NCBI GenBank assembly: GCA_963772835.1
Contig: CAVYYZ010000011.1
Span: 352,001-416,000 of the forward strand
Length of the DNA stretch: 64,000 nt
Source: an uncultured delta proteobacterium
Lineage (GTDB): Bacteria; Desulfobacterota; Desulfuromonadia; Geobacterales; Pseudopelobacteraceae
Reading direction: 5' to 3'
The notes below the pieces were generated by a model, which saw nothing but the letters and a program-made list of their open reading frames with translations, ran no database searches and was not told the origin of the DNA. How positions within the stretch are numbered: position 1 is the stretch's first letter; every line of letters begins with the position of its first letter. Below, in pieces: positions 59,205 to 64,000 of this stretch. The position numbers and the translations under genes were made by a program.

Positions 59205-62200
59205 ATGACACACCATCATACAAAGCGGCAGACAAGCATCAAAACCAGGATTGCCCTGACGACTCTTGTCACCGTATCGATAGTCCTGGTCTCTGTTTCA
59301 TCTGCACTCTTTTTCTATTTTCACGGACTGCTGCGTGACAGCATCTTCAAGCAGCAGTTCCTTATGGTTTCTGAAATTGCAGAACAACTTGATGGCCGTA
59401 TTCAACTCGCCCGCTATCAACTATCCCTTGCCGCTACAGAAATTACCAGTCAGGTTCTGGCCAACCCCCGGGAAATTGAAAAAATATTTACCGATTTCAG
59501 CCCTATCAATATGATTTTCGATGCGGGGTTTGTTGTCATCGGCACCGATGGACGTGTCATAGCTGAAAGCATGGGCTATGAAGAACTTATCGGGATGGAT
59601 CTGAACTATCGGGACTATGTGAAAGAAGCGCTTCTTACCGGCAAACCATCTATTTCCGGGCCATTCCGCTTTAGCCTTCCCCCGCACAACCCCATGATCG
59701 CCATGGTAACCCCGGTCCGGGACAATACTGACAAAGTCATCTGTCTGCTGGCAGGGTATCATTCACTCGGCGCCGATCAATTTCTCACCGATCTGTCAAC
59801 AAAGCAGGTCGGCGATTCATCCTATGTGTATATTCTTCATAACCGCACCATCTTGATGCATCCCGATAAATCGCGGGTTATGGAAGTTATTCCGGAGGGG
59901 AGCAACCGCGGTGTGGACCTGGCGATAAAAGGCGTTGAAGGTTCCCTGGACAATGTCAATTCCAGAGGATTGCACATGCTCAGCTCCTTCAAAAAAATCG
60001 GAGAAACAGACTGGGTTCTTGGCGCCAATACTCCCTATAACGATGCGTTCAGGCCTGTTAACAAGCTTATTATGAATACCATCGTCATTTCAGTATTCGG
60101 ACTTTTGTTTGCGCTTTCTGTCCTTTGGTATGTTGCCCGTCGCCTGACACTCCCCATACGTCAGCTTACCGGTCATGTTGATGCTGCCGGTATTGACAGT
60201 CAGGTATGGCACCCTTTAGATCTCCGTACCGGTGACGAGATTGAACGACTGGCTGATGCCTTTAATAACCTGATGCAGGAGGTGAATGACACAAAAATGC
60301 TGCTTAGGAATGAAAAGGATTTTTTCAGCGACATTATTCAGCATACTGCGGCACCGATGCTCGTCATTGATCACAACCACGAGATACTCTTCTGGAACGC
60401 CGCGCTGTCTGAAATGACCGGTAAAAGTTCATCGGAAATGATCGGCACCAATCTGCAGTGGACTCCATTCTACGCTACCGAGCGCCCCTTGATTGCCGAT
60501 CTGGTGATAGACCAGGATACCGGCAGTGCAGATAAATTTTATTCGAAATATGCCATTTCATCGCTCAAGGAAGGCTCTCTCCGCGCCGAAGGGTGGTACG
60601 AAAATATCGGCGGCAAGCGCCGCTATATCTTCTTTGAAGCTGCACCGATCAGAGACAGCAACCATGAGATCATCGCGTCCGTAGAGACCCTGGAAGACAT
60701 TACAGAACGCAAGTTATTGGAAGAGTCACTGTCCCGCCTTACCCGTGCCGTCGAGCAGAGTCCGGCTACTATTGCCATCACGAATCTGGACGGAATAATT
60801 GATTATGTTAATCCAAAGTTCTGCCAGGTAACCGGGTACACCCTCGACGAGGCAATCGGCCAGAATCCACGCATACTTAAGTCCGGTGAAATGTCACCGG
60901 AAAATTATTCAGAGCTATGGAAGACCATCACCTCAGGAGGGGAGTGGCACGGTGAATTTCATAACAAACGCAAGGACGGTACCCTCTTCTGGGAGTTTGC
61001 CTCCATTTCACCACTGTTCGATAAAGACGGTACGATCACAGGATACCTTGCCGTCAAAGAGGATATCACCGAACGCAAGGTGATAGAAAAAGAGTTGGCG
61101 GAGAGCCGGCTGGCATTAGAAGCAAATCACGAAAAGCTTGAACATCTTTTTGCCGAAGTGGCCAGCGGCAAGCGCGAGTGGGAGGAAACCCTTGATCACC
61201 TGCGTGATTTCATCATCCTGACTGATCCTGACCACCGCATACGGCGTTGTAACAAGCTTCTGTCCGATGCTACCGGTATGCATCTCAACGGACTGGCCGG
61301 GCTTGACTGGAGAAATCTGCTCCGTGATGCTGGTTTTCATTTTTTAAACTTCAATGGTTCAACCGGAGAAATGATCCATCAAAAATCGGGAAGCACCTAC
61401 GATATTACGGTGTATCCGATAGAAGATGCCGCGGAGGTAAAAGGGTATGTGGTTTCGATCAACGACACCACCGAGTTGCAGGCCGCCTCCCGGGAACTTC
61501 AAAAAGCATACCTGGAACTGAAGGAAGCGCAGATGCATATTTTCCAGCAGGAAAAAATGGCTTCCATCGGTCAGTTGGCGGCAGGTGTGGCGCATGAAAT
61601 AAACAATCCGATGGGATTTGTCTCCAGCAACCTGACAACCCTCAATAAATATGTGGAGCGACTTATCGAATATATCGCCGCCGGAGAAATCGCGGTTGAA
61701 TCATGCAGCGGCGGCGAACCGGAAAAGCTTAAAAATCTCAGGAAGAGTCTGAAGATAGACTATATCTCCGATGATGCCCGTCTGCTTATTACCGAAAGTC
61801 AGGATGGCGCAGGCAGAGTGCGGCGTATCGTGCAGGATCTGATGAGTTTTTCGCGGGCCGATCAGGTCGAGCCTGTTCTGACCAATCTGAACGAAGCACT
61901 GGAAACGGCAATCAATTTCGCCGGCAACGAAATAAGGTATATCGCCACTATCAAGCGCGAATTTGGTGACATACCTGAAATTAAATGTTTTTCACAGCAA
62001 CTGAATCAGGTCTTTCTCAATCTGCTGGTAAATGCTGCTCACGCCATGACGGAAAAACAGGATGGCACGTTAACTATTCGCACCCGGGTAGAAGGTGACC
62101 ATGTCTGTGTCTCGATTATTGATACCGGATGCGGCATCCCGGAAAATATCCGCCAAAGGATTTTTGAACCGTTTTTTACCACCAAGGAGGTCGGCAAAGG

Positions 62201-62342
62201 CACGGGGCTGGGACTTTCCATCTCGTACGAAATAATCCAGAAACATGGCGGCGATATCAGTGTGGAAAGTGAATTAGGAAAGGGTACAACATTTACGGTG
62301 CGGCTGCCGGTCGATGCAGCGGCACGTAAACAATTACAGTGA
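59205..62342 (+). CDS. Cache/HAMP/multi-PAS sensor histidine kinase
   Basis: Two TM helices around a Cache-like domain, HAMP (DEIERLADAFN), three PAS domains, AHEINNP and GKGTGLGL. Confidence 0.92.
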   Translation: MTHHHTKRQTSIKTRIALTTLVTVSIVLVSVSSALFFYFHGLLRDSIFKQQFLMVSEIAEQLDGRIQLARYQLSLAATEITSQVLANPREIEKIFTDFSPINMIFDAGFVVIGTDGRVIAESMGYEELIGMDLNYRDYVKEALLTGKPSISGPFRFSLPPHNPMIAMVTPVRDNTDKVICLLAGYHSLGADQFLTDLSTKQVGDSSYVYILHNRTILMHPDKSRVMEVIPEGSNRGVDLAIKGVEGSLDNVNSRGLHMLSSFKKIGETDWVLGANTPYNDAFRPVNKLIMNTIVISVFGLLFALSVLWYVARRLTLPIRQLTGHVDAAGIDSQVWHPLDLRTGDEIERLADAFNNLMQEVNDTKMLLRNEKDFFSDIIQHTAAPMLVIDHNHEILFWNAALSEMTGKSSSEMIGTNLQWTPFYATERPLIADLVIDQDTGSADKFYSKYAISSLKEGSLRAEGWYENIGGKRRYIFFEAAPIRDSNHEIIASVETLEDITERKLLEESLSRLTRAVEQSPATIAITNLDGIIDYVNPKFCQVTGYTLDEAIGQNPRILKSGEMSPENYSELWKTITSGGEWHGEFHNKRKDGTLFWEFASISPLFDKDGTITGYLAVKEDITERKVIEKELAESRLALEANHEKLEHLFAEVASGKREWEETLDHLRDFIILTDPDHRIRRCNKLLSDATGMHLNGLAGLDWRNLLRDAGFHFLNFNGSTGEMIHQKSGSTYDITVYPIEDAAEVKGYVVSINDTTELQAASRELQKAYLELKEAQMHIFQQEKMASIGQLAAGVAHEINNPMGFVSSNLTTLNKYVERLIEYIAAGEIAVESCSGGEPEKLKNLRKSLKIDYISDDARLLITESQDGAGRVRRIVQDLMSFSRADQVEPVLTNLNEALETAINFAGNEIRYIATIKREFGDIPEIKCFSQQLNQVFLNLLVNAAHAMTEKQDGTLTIRTRVEGDHVCVSIIDTGCGIPENIRQRIFEPFFTTKEVGKGTGLGLSISYEIIQKHGGDISVESELGKGTTFTVRLPVDAAARKQLQ

Positions 62343-62369
62343 AATAAACCTGCCCGGGAGAGATGTGTA

Positions 62370-64000
62370 GTGAATACGGATCAAATATCAGACTGCGTAC
62401 CGACACCCGGGGATCCCGGCGTAATCCAGTGGCATGCACTATTTAATGCCATCAGCCAGCCCGCCATCATCCTCAACCCGGACCACCGGGTTGTCGCTGC
62501 CAACAGTGCCAGCCGGCGCCTGACCGGCATGTTGTCTGCTGACATTATCGGAAAATACTGCTTTGAGGTGTTTCATCACCGCACGAACGGAGCGCCTGAT
62601 GGCTGCCCCATGGCTAAAATGCTGCGGAGCGGCGTCATGGAGTCGTTCAATATGGAGATTGAGGCTCTGGACGGGACTTTTCTTGTATCATGCACCCCGA
62701 TACTGGCTTCAGACGGCACTCTGGATAAAATAATCCATATTGCGACCGATGTAACCTCACGCAAAGAGACCGAGCTGCAACTGGGTGCCGAATCGTCCTT
62801 CAACAGATCAATTATTGATAATGCCCCGGAGGGGCTCTGCGTGTGTCATACCGTCCCTGAATTTCCCTATGTCCGGTTTACCGTCTGGAATGATCGCATG
62901 GCCGTCATAACCGGATATACGAAGGCAGAGATCAATGCCGGCGGATATTATCAGACACTGTACCCCGACCAGGCATTACAGACACGCGCAGTGGAGCGCA
63001 TGGAGAGGATGAGAGAAGGGGAACATCTGGCCGGTGAAAATTGGCGGATTACCAACAAGGATGGTGAGGATCGCATTGCGGCCATCTGGACCTCCGCGCT
63101 TCGTCCAGCCGATGGTTCAGAGCATATAATGGCATTTTTTATAGATGTGACCGAAAACAAAAAGCTTGAAAAACTCCACGAACAATCCCGACTTGACCTG
63201 CTGGAACAGAAGAATTTTACCGACAGCCTGATTCGGGGTTCTGTGTCTGCAATGTTCGTACTGGACAGCAACCATCACGTGCAGGTCTGGAACATGTCCT
63301 GTGAACATCTGACCGGCCTCTCTCATGCCGATATGATAGGGAGTAATGACCAGTGGAAGGCGTTCTATGACAAAGAGCAGCCGACTCTGGCAGATGTTAT
63401 TCTCGATGGCGATTTCAGCAGGTTGTCCCGGCAGTACTCGCACGTTTCAAAATCTGACTACGTACCGGATGGGTACAAGGCAGAGGGATGGTTCACACAG
63501 GTACATGGCAAAGATCGCTTTTTACTGATCGAAGCCTCACCCGTATACGATCGCCAGGGGAATATGACTCACGTTATTGAAACGATCAATGACCTGACAG
63601 AGAGCAAGATGCTTGAAGAGCAGCTGCTGCATGCCCAGAAAATGGAATCCATTGGACTTCTGGCAGGTGGAATAGCGCACGAATTCAACAATTTACTTGC
63701 GGTGATCCTCGGGTATGGTCAGGTCATGCGCAAGGGGTGTGAACCTGAATCAACAGCCATGAATGACCTTGATCAGATACTGACGGCGGCCGAACGTGCC
63801 GCTGTTCTCACCAAGGGTCTCCTCGCCTTCAGCCGCAAACAGCATGTCTCACTGAAAAATCTGGATGTGACAAATGTTGTGCACAATACACTGAAAAGTT
63901 TCAGCCGCATAATGGGTGATGACATATACATCACGGAACAGCGAACCGATGACCCTCTCATGATTTATGCCGACCAGGCACTGGTGACCCAGGTTGTTAT
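62370..64000 (+). CDS. Multi-PAS histidine kinase (truncated by the window edge)
   Basis: Not in the ORF track. Manual translation from the GTG at 62370 gives three PAS domains, then QLLHAQKMESIGLLAGGIAHEFNNLL in the same frame. Confidence 0.88.
   Translation, partial: MNTDQISDCVPTPGDPGVIQWHALFNAISQPAIILNPDHRVVAANSASRRLTGMLSADIIGKYCFEVFHHRTNGAPDGCPMAKMLRSGVMESFNMEIEALDGTFLVSCTPILASDGTLDKIIHIATDVTSRKETELQLGAESSFNRSIIDNAPEGLCVCHTVPEFPYVRFTVWNDRMAVITGYTKAEINAGGYYQTLYPDQALQTRAVERMERMREGEHLAGENWRITNKDGEDRIAAIWTSALRPADGSEHIMAFFIDVTENKKLEKLHEQSRLDLLEQKNFTDSLIRGSVSAMFVLDSNHHVQVWNMSCEHLTGLSHADMIGSNDQWKAFYDKEQPTLADVILDGDFSRLSRQYSHVSKSDYVPDGYKAEGWFTQVHGKDRFLLIEASPVYDRQGNMTHVIETINDLTESKMLEEQLLHAQKMESIGLLAGGIAHEFNNLLAVILGYGQVMRKGCEPESTAMNDLDQILTAAERAAVLTKGLLAFSRKQHVSLKNLDVTNVVHNTLKSFSRIMGDDIYITEQRTDDPLMIYADQALVTQVV

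Overview
A gene-dense, mostly housekeeping chromosomal window. It most likely comes from a Geobacteraceae/Desulfuromonadia deltaproteobacterium, inferred from the aroE-pilB-pilT-pilC-pilS and fur-feoB-ideR synteny, the DUF4388 and PilZ genes, and the PAS kinases. Recognisable genes include aguAB, ispG, proS, class I fumarase, a lone recC, yicC-gmk-rpoZ-rel-ridA, rpmB, thrC-murJ, mazG, recG, ribF, type IV pilus assembly genes, htpG, an S1-domain paralogue, metF, fur-feoB-ideR, clpB and a two-component cluster that runs off the right edge. I found no rRNA, tRNA, CRISPR array, integrase or transposase. The most interesting signals are: (1) a highly structured, G-U-rich non-coding element of about 350 nt at 5.3-5.7 kb, resembling an orphan IS110-type (bridge/seek-RNA-like) non-coding end with no recombinase; (2) a DnaA-box cluster with the geometry of E. 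coli DARS cores, between convergent murJ and mazG; (3) an AbrB/MazE-like DNA-binding domain fused to RecG; (4) a TMEM260-like (DUF2723) glycosyltransferase, flippase-like protein and methyltransferase upstream of a pil operon that lacks pilR-pilA; (5) a PAP2 phosphatase broken at a G8 tract. All calls were made by eye; no searches were run.
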